Shown here: positions 11,999-20,778 of the stretch, piece after piece | Layout: every line of letters begins with the position of its first letter | How positions within the stretch are numbered: position 1 is the first letter of the stretch | Source: Candidatus Saccharimonadota bacterium | GTDB lineage: Bacteria > Patescibacteriota > Saccharimonadia > Saccharimonadales > AQU-01 | Direction: 5' to 3' | DNA length: 64,000 nucleotides | Assembly (NCBI GenBank): GCA_037137935.1 | Contig: JBAXJI010000001.1 | Location: 1,771-65,770 of the forward strand | The notes under the pieces: model-generated | Seen by the model: the letters and a program-made list of their open reading frames with translations, nothing else | Databases searched by the model: none | Told to the model about the DNA's origin: nothing | Program-made: the position numbers and the translations under genes

Positions 11999-13525
11999 AT
12001 GAGTGCGACCGTACAAAGCGTTATCGAATCGGGTTCTGCGGGCGTAATAATAGATGTGGAGTGCCATTTATCTAACGGCCTGCCCAGTATTATCATCGTC
12101 GGACTGGCCAACAAAGCGGTCGATGAAGCCAAGGAGAGGTTGCGCGGCGCATTTACTAATGCTGAGCTCAAGCTACCAAAGAAGCGCATTACTGTTAATC
12201 TAGCTCCCGCAGATATTCCAAAAGACAGCACAAGCTTCGATCTAGCTATAGCCACGGCAATCTTAATCGCCGGCAGCCAGACTAGCCAAGCTCTTGGCGA
12301 CAATACTTTAATGGTTGGAGAGCTCGCACTTAACGGTAGCGTTCGCCCAGTCCGAGGTATTATCGGTAAATTACTAGCCGGGCGTGAGTTGGGATTCGAT
12401 ACATTTTATATTCCCTACGGCAACGCTCGCCAAGCTCTACTAGTACCAAATATAACCATTATCCCCGTTCAGAATATCCGTGATGTTTATTTACACCTAA
12501 ATAATACTGTCAGCTTAAAATCTATCGCCACCAATAACGGAACCACCGGACGTGCTAAATCGTCGCCGGGAGATAGTACTAGCAGCGACTTTAAGTATGT
12601 TGTGGGCCAACACAGAGCCAAGCGTGCGCTCGAAATAGCTGCCGCCGGCTCACACAATGTTCTACTTAACGGACCGCCAGGCACCGGGAAAAGCATGCTA
12701 GCAAAAGCCTTGCCGACCATCCTGCCTGCGCTCAGCCCAGAAGAAATGCTCGAAGTAACTCATCTTCACAGCCTAGCCAGCAAACAATACGACGTGATTA
12801 TTCATAACAGACCGTTTCGTTCACCACATCATAGTGCGAGCGATATATCTATAATTGGTGGCGGGCAGTATCCTCGCCCTGGCGAAATTAGCTTAGCTCA
12901 CAGAGGTATATTATTCTTGGATGAGTTGCCAGAATTTGGTAGAGCTACAATTGAAGCTCTACGACAACCACTCGAAGACAAAATAATAAGCGTGGCGCGA
13001 GCGCGTGATAGCCTTGTCTTTCCGGCCCATTTTATCCTAGTTGCAACCGCCAACCCCTGCCCCTGCGGATATTACGGCACCAGCCATGAATGTAGCTGCA
13101 TGCCTCACCAAATAACCAACTACCAACGCAAATTATCTGGGCCAATTATCGATCGAATTGATATGTATGTAGATGTTGATGAAGTGGTTCACGCCAAGTT
13201 GCTAACCAGCGACGACCAAGAATCCAGCGCTGAAATTGCCGATCGGGTAGTTTTAGCCCGAGCTCGGCAGACTGAACGATTCCAGACTACTACCAAAACT
13301 AACAGCGATATGACTAATCAAGATATTAAAAAGATCGGCCTACTCTCTTCTGAGGCACAGGAACTGCTCAATCAGGCGGCTTCGCGGCTGCAGATTTCGG
13401 CTCGGCATTATATGAAGTCTATCAAGGTGGCTCGGACTATTGCTGATTTGGAAGGCTCAGAACAGATTACTCCGGCTCATATGGCGGAGGCCTTACAATA
13501 CCGCAAACGGACTATCACTTTTTAA
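11999..13525 (+). CDS. comM: YifB/ComM family Mg-chelatase-like AAA+ ATPase
   Basis: ITVNLAPADIPK, GPPGTGKSMLA, PFRSPHHS, PGEISLAHRGILFLDELPEF, NPCPCG. Confidence 0.93.
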   Translation: MSATVQSVIESGSAGVIIDVECHLSNGLPSIIIVGLANKAVDEAKERLRGAFTNAELKLPKKRITVNLAPADIPKDSTSFDLAIATAILIAGSQTSQALGDNTLMVGELALNGSVRPVRGIIGKLLAGRELGFDTFYIPYGNARQALLVPNITIIPVQNIRDVYLHLNNTVSLKSIATNNGTTGRAKSSPGDSTSSDFKYVVGQHRAKRALEIAAAGSHNVLLNGPPGTGKSMLAKALPTILPALSPEEMLEVTHLHSLASKQYDVIIHNRPFRSPHHSASDISIIGGGQYPRPGEISLAHRGILFLDELPEFGRATIEALRQPLEDKIISVARARDSLVFPAHFILVATANPCPCGYYGTSHECSCMPHQITNYQRKLSGPIIDRIDMYVDVDEVVHAKLLTSDDQESSAEIADRVVLARARQTERFQTTTKTNSDMTNQDIKKIGLLSSEAQELLNQAASRLQISARHYMKSIKVARTIADLEGSEQITPAHMAEALQYRKRTITF

Positions 13526-13543
13526 TTAAAATCTATTTCTTTA

Positions 13544-13772
13544 TGCCACTTTTGGTTCGGCAAAAGATGGCGCAAAACCGAGGGGCGGTGTCTACTTCTT
13601 GATACAGTCTCCAGTCAAGCCTGACAACTGCCTGCGGAACTAGGCCCGCTCTATTACTTTGGGAGGGCGGGCCGTCAAACAGTCCTCGGCTAATAGTAGT
13701 CAGTTTGACGAGACATGTATCAGGAAGCAGTCAAGCCCCGTAAAAGACCATGGATGCCCGCTGGAGGCGGGC
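13544..13772 (+). repeat. Structured repeat element, copy 1
   Basis: Shares blocks CGCAAAACCGAGGGGCGGTG, CGGAACTAG, CGTCAAACAGTCCTCGG and GGATGCCCGCTGGAGGCGGGC with the inverted copy at 14460-14674. Confidence 0.85.
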
Positions 13773-13818
13773 TATTTTTTACGGATCAGTCATTATTTGT
13801 TAGTGTATAATCTCTCTT

Positions 13819-14454
13819 ATGAAATATGAAGTTCCTTTTGTTGCTAATACATCTGATGACTTGCACTGTTTACAGGCGGCTTACATGATGATTACAAAGT
13901 TTTTCCAGAAAGACTTCGATATATGTATGGACGAATGGTCACAACTTACCGGTTTTGAAACAGATAAAGGCACCTGGGCCAATGCGGGATTATTATGGTT
14001 TATGGACAATGGGTATGATGTCAGCCACATTTCCCTTTTTGATTACAAATCTTTCGTGAATAGCCCCGAAGACTACCTTGTTAAGCTCACAGGTGAAAAG
14101 GTTGGAGCTTGGCAGATAGCGCACACCAATATCCCTGCCGAAGTCAGTAGGGTTAAAAAGTTATTGGAATCTGGAGTAATAGAGAGACGCGAACCAACCA
14201 TCGAAGATATTAAGAACTTACTTGATGATGGATATTTAGTCCGAGTCATGGTCAACTCCTCTAGACTTAATGGCACGGACGGCTATATTGGCCATGCCGT
14301 ACCAATTATAGGGTATGATGAAGAGAATATAATTTTCCATGATCCAGGCCTTCCACCACTAGAAAATCGTAGAATAAGCATCAATGACTTCGAAAAAGCC
14401 TGGGCCGACCCCAACCCCGAATCAAAAGAACTCGACGCCATCAAACTCGTATAA
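13819..14454 (+). CDS. C39-like cysteine peptidase family protein
   Basis: VPFVAN..HCLQAAYMM (catalytic Cys region), GHAVPIIGYDEENIIFHDPG (His/Asp). Confidence 0.75.
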   Translation: MKYEVPFVANTSDDLHCLQAAYMMITKFFQKDFDICMDEWSQLTGFETDKGTWANAGLLWFMDNGYDVSHISLFDYKSFVNSPEDYLVKLTGEKVGAWQIAHTNIPAEVSRVKKLLESGVIERREPTIEDIKNLLDDGYLVRVMVNSSRLNGTDGYIGHAVPIIGYDEENIIFHDPGLPPLENRRISINDFEKAWADPNPESKELDAIKLV

Positions 14455-14459
14455 TTATT

Positions 14460-14674
14460 GCCCGCCTCCAGCGGGCATCCTTGGGCTTAGTGGGGCTTGG
14501 CGACGACCCGAGATAGATTCCTGCAAAAAGACAACAAACTTCTCCCCGAGGACTTGTTTGACGCTGCGGAGTAGCTAGTTCCGGAGGGCGTGTTGTCTTT
14601 TTGTTAGGAAGCTATATCAAGTTGGCGCCACCGCCCCTCGGTTTTTGCGTTACTTTTGCCGAGACAAAAGTAAC
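14460..14674 (-). repeat. Structured repeat element, copy 2 (inverted)
   Basis: Reverse complement carries the same conserved blocks as 13544-13772; 21-bp terminal block is identical. Confidence 0.85.
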
Positions 14675-14748
14675 AAGATGAAGTTGACCTCTGATGTTCT
14701 CTCTGTTATAATGGGACGAACCTAAATGATAGCAAGGAGAACGAACTT

Positions 14749-15303
14749 ATCGCTAAACCGACTCGTCTGAACCATCTTATTCAGGCGTCACAACTACGTG
14801 TAGTGGACGAAGACGGCAAATTACTTGGCGTCATGTCGAAAGGTGAAGCTTTACGTTTGGCAGAAGAAGCAGGACTGGATTTGGTGGAGATTTCACCGGA
14901 CGCCAGCCCACCAGTAGCTAAAATTGTCGATTGGGGCAAGTTTAACTACCAGCGCACAAAGCAGCTTCAGAAGAATAAACGCAACGTCAAAGTGGTTGAG
15001 ATAAAGCAAATGCGCTTCGGTCTCAAGATTGGCGAAAACGATTTAGCCGTCAAATTGCGCAAGGTTACAAGCTTCTTGGAAGCTGGTCACAAGGTTAAAA
15101 TCGGAGTTTGGTACAAGGGCCGCGAAATGGCTCACCAGGAACTAGGTTATAAACTTGCGGCTAAAGTGATCGAGATGTTCGGGGACAGCATAGTGGTTGA
15201 ACAATCACCATCACTCGCCGGACGACAATTATCATTCGTAATAAGAGGTACAGGCAAAGCCTTACCTAACCTAAACCAGGAGAAGAAAAATGCCAAAGCT
15301 TAA
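14749..15303 (+). CDS. infC: Translation initiation factor IF-3 (ATC start)
   Basis: GLDLVEISPDASPPVAKIVDWGKF and KQMRFGLKIGENDL; AAGGAG 9 nt before an in-frame ATC at 14749, which extends the ORF-track call by 18 codons (AKPTRLNHLIQASQLRV). Confidence 0.93.
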   Translation: MAKPTRLNHLIQASQLRVVDEDGKLLGVMSKGEALRLAEEAGLDLVEISPDASPPVAKIVDWGKFNYQRTKQLQKNKRNVKVVEIKQMRFGLKIGENDLAVKLRKVTSFLEAGHKVKIGVWYKGREMAHQELGYKLAAKVIEMFGDSIVVEQSPSLAGRQLSFVIRGTGKALPNLNQEKKNAKA

Positions 15304-15484
15304 GTCACACAGCGGCACAAAAGACCGCATCAAAATCACCAAGAACGGCAAAGTACTACGCCGTCATTCGATGCGCAGTCACTTCTTGCAGAAGAAGAGT
15401 GCAGCTCGTAAGCGTAAATTAGCTGGCACCGAACAGATCGTCGGTAAATTTGCACGAAATATCAAGACAAGAATGGGAGTATAG
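15290..15484 (+). CDS. rpmI: 50S ribosomal protein L35
   Basis: MPKLKSHSGTKDRIKITKNGKV; infC-rpmI-rplT synteny. Confidence 0.95.
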   Translation: MPKLKSHSGTKDRIKITKNGKVLRRHSMRSHFLQKKSAARKRKLAGTEQIVGKFARNIKTRMGV

Positions 15485-15829
15485 ATGAGAGTTAAACGAG
15501 GCGTCACCAGTCACGCCAGACACCAGAAGATTCGCAAAGCTACTAAGGGCTTCACTAGAGGCAACCGTAGCAGTATTAAAAGAGGCCGCCAAGCTGTTAC
15601 AAAGTCATTGCAGCACGCTTATCGCGACCGACGCAACCGCAAGCGAACATTCCGACAAGTATGGAATGCTCGTATTAATGCAGCTGCTCGCTTACACGAC
15701 ACTACTTACAGCCGATTAATTGCTGCCCTAAAAACTGCTAACATCATTCTAGATCGCAAGATCCTAGCTGAACTAGCTGTTAATGAGCCAAAATCTTTTG
15801 AAGCAGTAGTCAAAGCTACCAACAAATAG
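15485..15829 (+). CDS. rplT: 50S ribosomal protein L20
   Basis: MRVKRGV..AYRDRRNRKRTFRQVWNARINAAAR..LDRKILAELAV. Confidence 0.97.
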   Translation: MRVKRGVTSHARHQKIRKATKGFTRGNRSSIKRGRQAVTKSLQHAYRDRRNRKRTFRQVWNARINAAARLHDTTYSRLIAALKTANIILDRKILAELAVNEPKSFEAVVKATNK

Positions 15830-15864
15830 ACCCATTCATAAATTAATAGCATTGAAGTCTTAAG

Positions 15865-15895
15865 AAAAACACCGCCTTTTAGGGGCGGTGTTTTT
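15865..15895. terminator. Bidirectional intrinsic terminator between rplT and rnpB
   Basis: aaaaacaccgcc-ttttagg-ggcggtgttttt. Confidence 0.8.
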
Positions 15896-15901
15896 ATATA
15901 T

Positions 15902-16270
15902 GCCAGATGATCTGTAAGCCGGGTTCTGTCCTCGTTTGCACGAGTTCTGATCATCTATCTAGGCCTAAAATTGCTCTTAGGCTCGAGCGGGTTTTGTGAA
16001 TTGCCTCGGCGGGACGCCTTATATGAGACATATCTCCTTGCAACGTACTGGGTTTACCTTCGTCTCATGTCACCATGAGATGCTGTGAGCTCTTACCTCA
16101 CTCGTTTCATCCTTACCGTCAGTCTTTCGACTGCTTAGGCGGTTTAGTTTCTGTGGCACTTTCCCTAGGGTTGCCCCCGGTCGCCGTTAGCGACAGTACT
16201 TCCCTGTGTTGCCCGGACTTTCCTACCGACCATTGTTGCCAATAGTCCGTCGATCAGTCGATTATCTGGC
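15902..16270 (-). ncRNA. rnpB: RNase P RNA
   Basis: Minus strand has AGGAAAGTCCGGGC, AGGGAAAGTGCCACAGAAA and ACAGAACCCGGCTTA; GCCAGAT/ATCTGGC P1 closing stem. Confidence 0.96.
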
Positions 16271-16313
16271 TAATACATTATCCCACTTTTAAACCTAAAG
16301 CGCAATAGATATA

Positions 16314-17024
16314 TTAAACGGCTTTTAGGTCAGTATCATTCAAAATATCGTTAACCATACGGTCAGCTAACTGATTAAACTCTCTCGGTACATGAGTAAA
16401 ATTAACCTTTTTGAAGTTTTTAAGCTGATCAACAATAGCTTGGTGTATCGGCCATAAATCACGGTTTTTAATCTTAAATATGCCCTTCATTTGGTTGATT
16501 ACTAAGAGGCTGTCGAGAAACACATGCACCTCTTGAGCGCCCCGTTTATGCGCCTCATCTAGGCCAAGCTTTAGAGCCTGGTATTCTGCCTGATTATTAG
16601 TGGTAACTCCCAGATATAAACCGTTCTTAAAGATAACTTCGTCGTGCATATCTAATAAGACAAAACCGGCCGCAGAGGGACCAGGATTACCCCTAGAACC
16701 ACCGTCTGCATACAATTTAATTTCAATATCCTTGCCGATTTCAGCTGGCGATAACGTTGTGTTTTGCTCAACGAATTTTGTCTGAATCAATCTGTTATAA
16801 GCTGCGTCAATTGTCTCAGCAAGATGATGATCTTTGTTGGTAATAGTATCGCCAGCTTCGTGAGTAGATAACCAGATACCGACCTTATTCCATTCATTCT
16901 GCAATTTCGGATGGTGTTGCTGCTGCTCAGCCAGCTCAGCTACGGCCTCCATAAACTTAAAGGCCTCACGAAAGTTCTTAAAGCTAAATTCTTTGTATAA
17001 TTGATTGTTATCTATTTCCCACAT
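16314..17024 (-). CDS. Fusion of pterin-4-alpha-carbinolamine dehydratase and ribonuclease HI
   Basis: N-terminal FKNFREAFKFM..AEQQQHHPK..STHEAG (PCD); C-terminal YADGGSRGNPGPSAAG..TNNQAEY..DSLLVINQM..HVPREFNQLAD (RNase HI). Confidence 0.88.
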   Translation of the reverse strand: MWEIDNNQLYKEFSFKNFREAFKFMEAVAELAEQQQHHPKLQNEWNKVGIWLSTHEAGDTITNKDHHLAETIDAAYNRLIQTKFVEQNTTLSPAEIGKDIEIKLYADGGSRGNPGPSAAGFVLLDMHDEVIFKNGLYLGVTTNNQAEYQALKLGLDEAHKRGAQEVHVFLDSLLVINQMKGIFKIKNRDLWPIHQAIVDQLKNFKKVNFTHVPREFNQLADRMVNDILNDTDLKAV

Positions 17025-17116
17025 ACGCTTATGTTAGCAGATGAGGCCGTTATCTAACAGTAGCCAAGATGTTATTTGTTATGAGCTGGCAATATTAAGG
17101 TGTAAAATAGGTCAGT

Positions 17117-18169
17117 ATGAAAATTAGCGACTACACCTACGATTTGCCCGATGAACGAATTGCTCAATTTCCGCCAGAAGTACGCGGCAGTAGCAGATTA
17201 CTGGTCTTAGACAAAGCATCCGGATCCGTCAGCCATCATCACTATTATGACCTACACGAATTCATCGAACCTGGCGATTTAGTAATCCTGAACGATACCA
17301 GAGTAATCAAAGCACGGCTATTAGCAGTCAACACTAACGGCCAGCCGCGTGAACTACTATTACTTGAGGAACACGCTGGTAGCGACCCATATAAGCGCCG
17401 AGTAATGTACCGAGGCGCTGTCCATAAAGACGAGCAGTTATCTGTCGGCAAAACAAAAATAACAATATCTGATATCTTGGACGGTGGACTCGCGATAATA
17501 ACCAGCGAGCACGACTTGCTGGCTTTAGCTGAGTTAACGGGTAAAGTTCCACTGCCTCCTTATATGCGCCGCGATGCCACCAAAAACGATACTGAACGCT
17601 ACCAAACCGTATTTGCTAATTTGCCTGGCTCGGTCGCCGCTCCAACCGCTTCACTTAATTTTACATACGAGCTAGAAAAGAAAATTATCGCAAAGGGCGG
17701 AAAGATCGCCTACCTAACTCTACATGTTGGGCTTGGAACATTTCTGCCAATTCGAGCCGACAATATCGAAGACCACATTATGCATAGTGAGTATTTCGAG
17801 ATTCCAAAGTCTACAGTAATGGCTATTCGTCAGGCCAAAAATTCGGGTCGTAAAATATTAGCCGTTGGCACAACTGTCGCCCGCACACTTGAGTACGTAG
17901 CCAAATCACAAAACTCCCCCCTGTTAAGGGTTAAACCCTTAACAGATGAGGAAAATGTGATTTCTGGCGAAGCCAATATTTTTATTTATCCCGGCTACGA
18001 ATTTAAAATTGTTGATACTCTGCTAACGAACTTCCACGCCCCCAAATCAACCGTCCTAATGTTAACCGCTGCCTTCGCCGGTTGGCAAAACTTAGAAAAA
18101 GCCTACAAAACTGCCATCCAAGAAGAATACGCCTTCCTATCCTACGGCGACTCAATGCTAATTAAATAA
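17117..18169 (+). CDS. queA: S-adenosylmethionine:tRNA ribosyltransferase-isomerase
   Basis: YDLPDERIAQFP, NDTRVIKAR, PLPPY, GSVAAPTASL, TLHVGLGTF, TNFHAPKST, YGDSMLI. Confidence 0.96.
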   Translation: MKISDYTYDLPDERIAQFPPEVRGSSRLLVLDKASGSVSHHHYYDLHEFIEPGDLVILNDTRVIKARLLAVNTNGQPRELLLLEEHAGSDPYKRRVMYRGAVHKDEQLSVGKTKITISDILDGGLAIITSEHDLLALAELTGKVPLPPYMRRDATKNDTERYQTVFANLPGSVAAPTASLNFTYELEKKIIAKGGKIAYLTLHVGLGTFLPIRADNIEDHIMHSEYFEIPKSTVMAIRQAKNSGRKILAVGTTVARTLEYVAKSQNSPLLRVKPLTDEENVISGEANIFIYPGYEFKIVDTLLTNFHAPKSTVLMLTAAFAGWQNLEKAYKTAIQEEYAFLSYGDSMLIK

Positions 18170-18172
18170 AAC

Positions 18173-18194
18173 CTAGCAGGGAGTCTCCCTGCAG
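18173..18194. repeat. REP-like palindrome (CTAGCAGGGAGTCTCCCTGC type)
   Basis: Same motif recurs at 23810-23996. Confidence 0.65.
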
Positions 18195-18224
18195 TTAAGT
18201 ACTACCACCGTTTAGGCCTAAATT

Positions 18225-18252
18225 AAAAACACCAAGCATGCTTGGTGTTTTT
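18225..18252. terminator. Bidirectional terminator
   Basis: aaaaacaccaagcatgcttggtgttttt is a perfect palindrome. Confidence 0.8.
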
Positions 18253-18256
18253 ATTA

Positions 18257-18405
18257 GACTGAGATGCCAACTTGATTAACTCTTGTTATCAAGGTGGGTA
18301 TCCTCACGCATCAACCACGGCTGATGCAAATATTAGATTCCCGTCAAATGAATATTGAGTAAATCATTTGATTGGCTGAAGGTATAAGCCCTCGGTTCCC
18401 AGCCT
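18257..18405 (-). ncRNA. ssrS: Probable 6S RNA
   Basis: TATAAT upstream and terminator downstream; ends pair (GCTGGGA/TCTCAGT); internal GGGAATC...GATACCCACC stem with apical GCATCAGCC/GGTTGATGC; rod with central bubble. Confidence 0.55.
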
Positions 18406-18467
18406 GCTTATATTATACCCCTACCCTCGCCTAATTAACATAAATAAATTATGAATTTTCGCGCGGG

Positions 18468-19118
18468 CTAGCCCAGCAATAATCTGATTACGCTGTTGTC
18501 TATTCTGACGATAATCTCACCCAATCCACTCGACATAAAAATCACCATAAAAATAATTATTATCATGAAACCGCTCGATTCCAGGCTAGCCATTAATCGC
18601 TGCAAAGGTTCTGGCGCAAAAGCATAGAGCAATCTCGAGCCATCAAGCGGTGGAAACGGAATCATATTAAAAACTGCTAGCGAAACGTTAACTATCACCA
18701 CAGTCAGCAGTATCTGAACCATGGTGCCAGAACCCAATATTACGGGTAATTTTAATAATATGGCTGCAATGATAGCTAAACTAATATTCGTTAGTGGGCC
18801 GGTGACTCCAATAATTGCTACACCAAATTCGTCATATTTAACTCTGGAGGGGTTAAATGGAACCGGTTTGGCAACAAAGAACGGCGGCAAGTGCGATAGG
18901 ACCAAAACTAATGGCAAAATTATAGAAGTGTAGAGATCCAGATGCTTCAACGGGTTTAACGTCAGTCTTCCCTGTTCTTGAGCAGTAGAATCGCCCAACC
19001 AATGTGCAGCAAAACCGTGCATGGCCTCATGTATACCAACCGAAAACAGTAAAACTGGTATAAAAATTATAATATTTATCGAACTGAAAAAATCATTCAT
19101 ACCAATAAAGTATAACAT
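18468..19118 (-). CDS. Site-2 protease (M50) family
   Basis: HEAMHG, GRLTLNPLKHLD, GPLTN, FNMIPFPPLDGSR. Confidence 0.93.
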   Translation of the reverse strand: MLYFIGMNDFFSSINIIIFIPVLLFSVGIHEAMHGFAAHWLGDSTAQEQGRLTLNPLKHLDLYTSIILPLVLVLSHLPPFFVAKPVPFNPSRVKYDEFGVAIIGVTGPLTNISLAIIAAILLKLPVILGSGTMVQILLTVVIVNVSLAVFNMIPFPPLDGSRLLYAFAPEPLQRLMASLESSGFMIIIIFMVIFMSSGLGEIIVRIDNSVIRLLLG

Positions 19119-19167
19119 CTATCGGCACTGTTGACCTTGCCGTCATTTTCCTGTAGAATAACACCTT

Positions 19168-19392
19168 ATGCAAGTATGTGATATTACCGGAAAAGGCAAA
19201 CAGTATGGAAACAATGTTAGCTTTTCGCAAAGACACACCAAAAAAGTATGGAAGCCTAACCTCCAGACTAAGACTGTTGTTGTTGACGGCAAAAAAGTTC
19301 GATTGAAAGTTAGCGCTCAGGGTATCCGTATCCTAAGAAAGCGCGGCATCATCGTTAACGAATACGCCCCAGTTAAACCAACAGCAGAATAA
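19168..19392 (+). CDS. rpmB: 50S ribosomal protein L28
   Basis: CDITGKGKQYGNNVSFSQRHTKKVWKPNLQ. Confidence 0.96.
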   Translation: MQVCDITGKGKQYGNNVSFSQRHTKKVWKPNLQTKTVVVDGKKVRLKVSAQGIRILRKRGIIVNEYAPVKPTAE

Positions 19393-19406
19393 TCAAAGCA
19401 ACAAAC

Positions 19407-19439
19407 AAAATAACTCCGATAACTCGGAGTTATTTTTTT
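19407..19439. terminator. Intrinsic terminator
   Basis: aaaataactccga-taac-tcggagttattttttt. Confidence 0.8.
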
Positions 19440-19512
19440 GATGTAAGATAACTACCAATAAATTAGACGCATCAAAACAATTACGAACAAAGTTGATACC
19501 GTCGAGCAAATG

Positions 19513-20142
19513 CTACTGACGGCTCAAAACGACTAATTGCGTAGTGTCGCTAATGAAGTCGCTAGACTTGAGCTTTAGCTTCTCGACAGTCTCGCGTGGC
19601 TCCATGGCCAATTCTTTGATTGCCACCTCTAATTCCTGCTGAGGAACTGGGAAGTTGATATCGGCATCAGCGTAATGAGTTGGAATAACTAATTTAGGCT
19701 CAATCTTCTTGATCAACTTAAGCGCACCAATCGGGTCAAGCGTGTAACCGTTACCGCCGACCGGTATAAGCAAAACATCTACCATTCCTATAGCCTCAAG
19801 CTGCTCGTCTGCTAGTTCTGGATAGATGTGACCAAGGCTAACTAAGCTAATGTCATCCAAAATAATCTTGAATATAGTAGCCGAAGTCTTGCCTGGCTCG
19901 TCCATATGACTACGCGCAACAACTCCCTGAATAGACACATCAGAAACTTCATATTCACCTGGCTGATCGATTGCTACCTTAACATCTTGTGTTGGCAGTG
20001 GATGCTCGGTGCTAAAAATAGCGATATCACCAGCTTTAGTCACAGACTTTAGGCCCAAATCGACCAAGTTATCATCAATTGTAATAACGGCCTTCTTGCC
20101 TGTTATCTTGACACAGTTTGCACCAAAAAATTGTAAATCCAT
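19513..20142 (-). CDS. MBL-fold metallo-hydrolase (degenerate)
   Basis: PGEYEV, VDVLLIPVGG, IEPKLVIPTHY. Confidence 0.85.
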   Translation of the reverse strand: MDLQFFGANCVKITGKKAVITIDDNLVDLGLKSVTKAGDIAIFSTEHPLPTQDVKVAIDQPGEYEVSDVSIQGVVARSHMDEPGKTSATIFKIILDDISLVSLGHIYPELADEQLEAIGMVDVLLIPVGGNGYTLDPIGALKLIKKIEPKLVIPTHYADADINFPVPQQELEVAIKELAMEPRETVEKLKLKSSDFISDTTQLVVLSRQ

Positions 20143-20147
20143 TTATA

Positions 20148-20768
20148 TTACTCCTTATCTTTTTTGTTTACGGGCGTTATCTTGTCGATTATTATTTGTT
20201 TCTTGGACGACAATACATCAGATAAAAAGCGGTCTTTGACTTCTTGACGGTAGTAAAAGTCAGCCAAAGTCATCGCGGTGAAGCGGAGCTCTTTGCCCTC
20301 TTTTGCTTCAAGTTCTGTAATAAATTTGCTTAGCTTAGTCTGATTAATATCACCAACGATTAGCACGTCCGTTCCGCTAGTATTATCGCGGGTCAGTACA
20401 CCGGTGTAAATGGCGTATTCGACATTACCAATCGACGTAATATCACCCTCTTGTTCTGCCGCACCACTTACTTTGGACTGTTTCTTGGAGCCAGCAGTAC
20501 CAAAAATCGCCGACAAAGCCGCGTAATAATCGTATTCTTGGTCGACTTCATAATATAGTCGATTATTTGTGCTATCAGATGTGATAATACCGACGCTTAG
20601 TAAGTTAGCGAGTTCTCGCCTTACTGAGTTAATTTGTTCATCAATTTTACGAGTGATCTCGCGAACATAAAATGCCCGATTCGGATTACCATAAAATAAA
20701 TGGAGTAGCTTAACGCGCGTCTTTGACCCAAATAGTTGCTCAATCATGCCCTTATTGTAGCAGACCAA
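20148..20768 (-). CDS. Winged-helix DNA-binding protein with nucleotidyltransferase-like C-terminal domain (likely start ATG 20747)
   Basis: LFGSKTRVKLL..FYVREITR..INSVRRELANL; TDVLIVGD. Confidence 0.75.
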   Translation of the reverse strand: MVCYNKGMIEQLFGSKTRVKLLHLFYGNPNRAFYVREITRKIDEQINSVRRELANLLSVGIITSDSTNNRLYYEVDQEYDYYAALSAIFGTAGSKKQSKVSGAAEQEGDITSIGNVEYAIYTGVLTRDNTSGTDVLIVGDINQTKLSKFITELEAKEGKELRFTAMTLADFYYRQEVKDRFLSDVLSSKKQIIIDKITPVNKKDKE

Positions 20769-20778
20769 TAGGCTAATA

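Noticed and set aside
15706-15954. 82-aa minus-strand ORF
   Set aside because: It overlaps rnpB and is antisense to rplT.
17040-17116. preQ1 riboswitch upstream of queA (also checked upstream of tgt)
   Set aside because: Both genes appear leaderless and no preQ1 aptamer pattern is visible.
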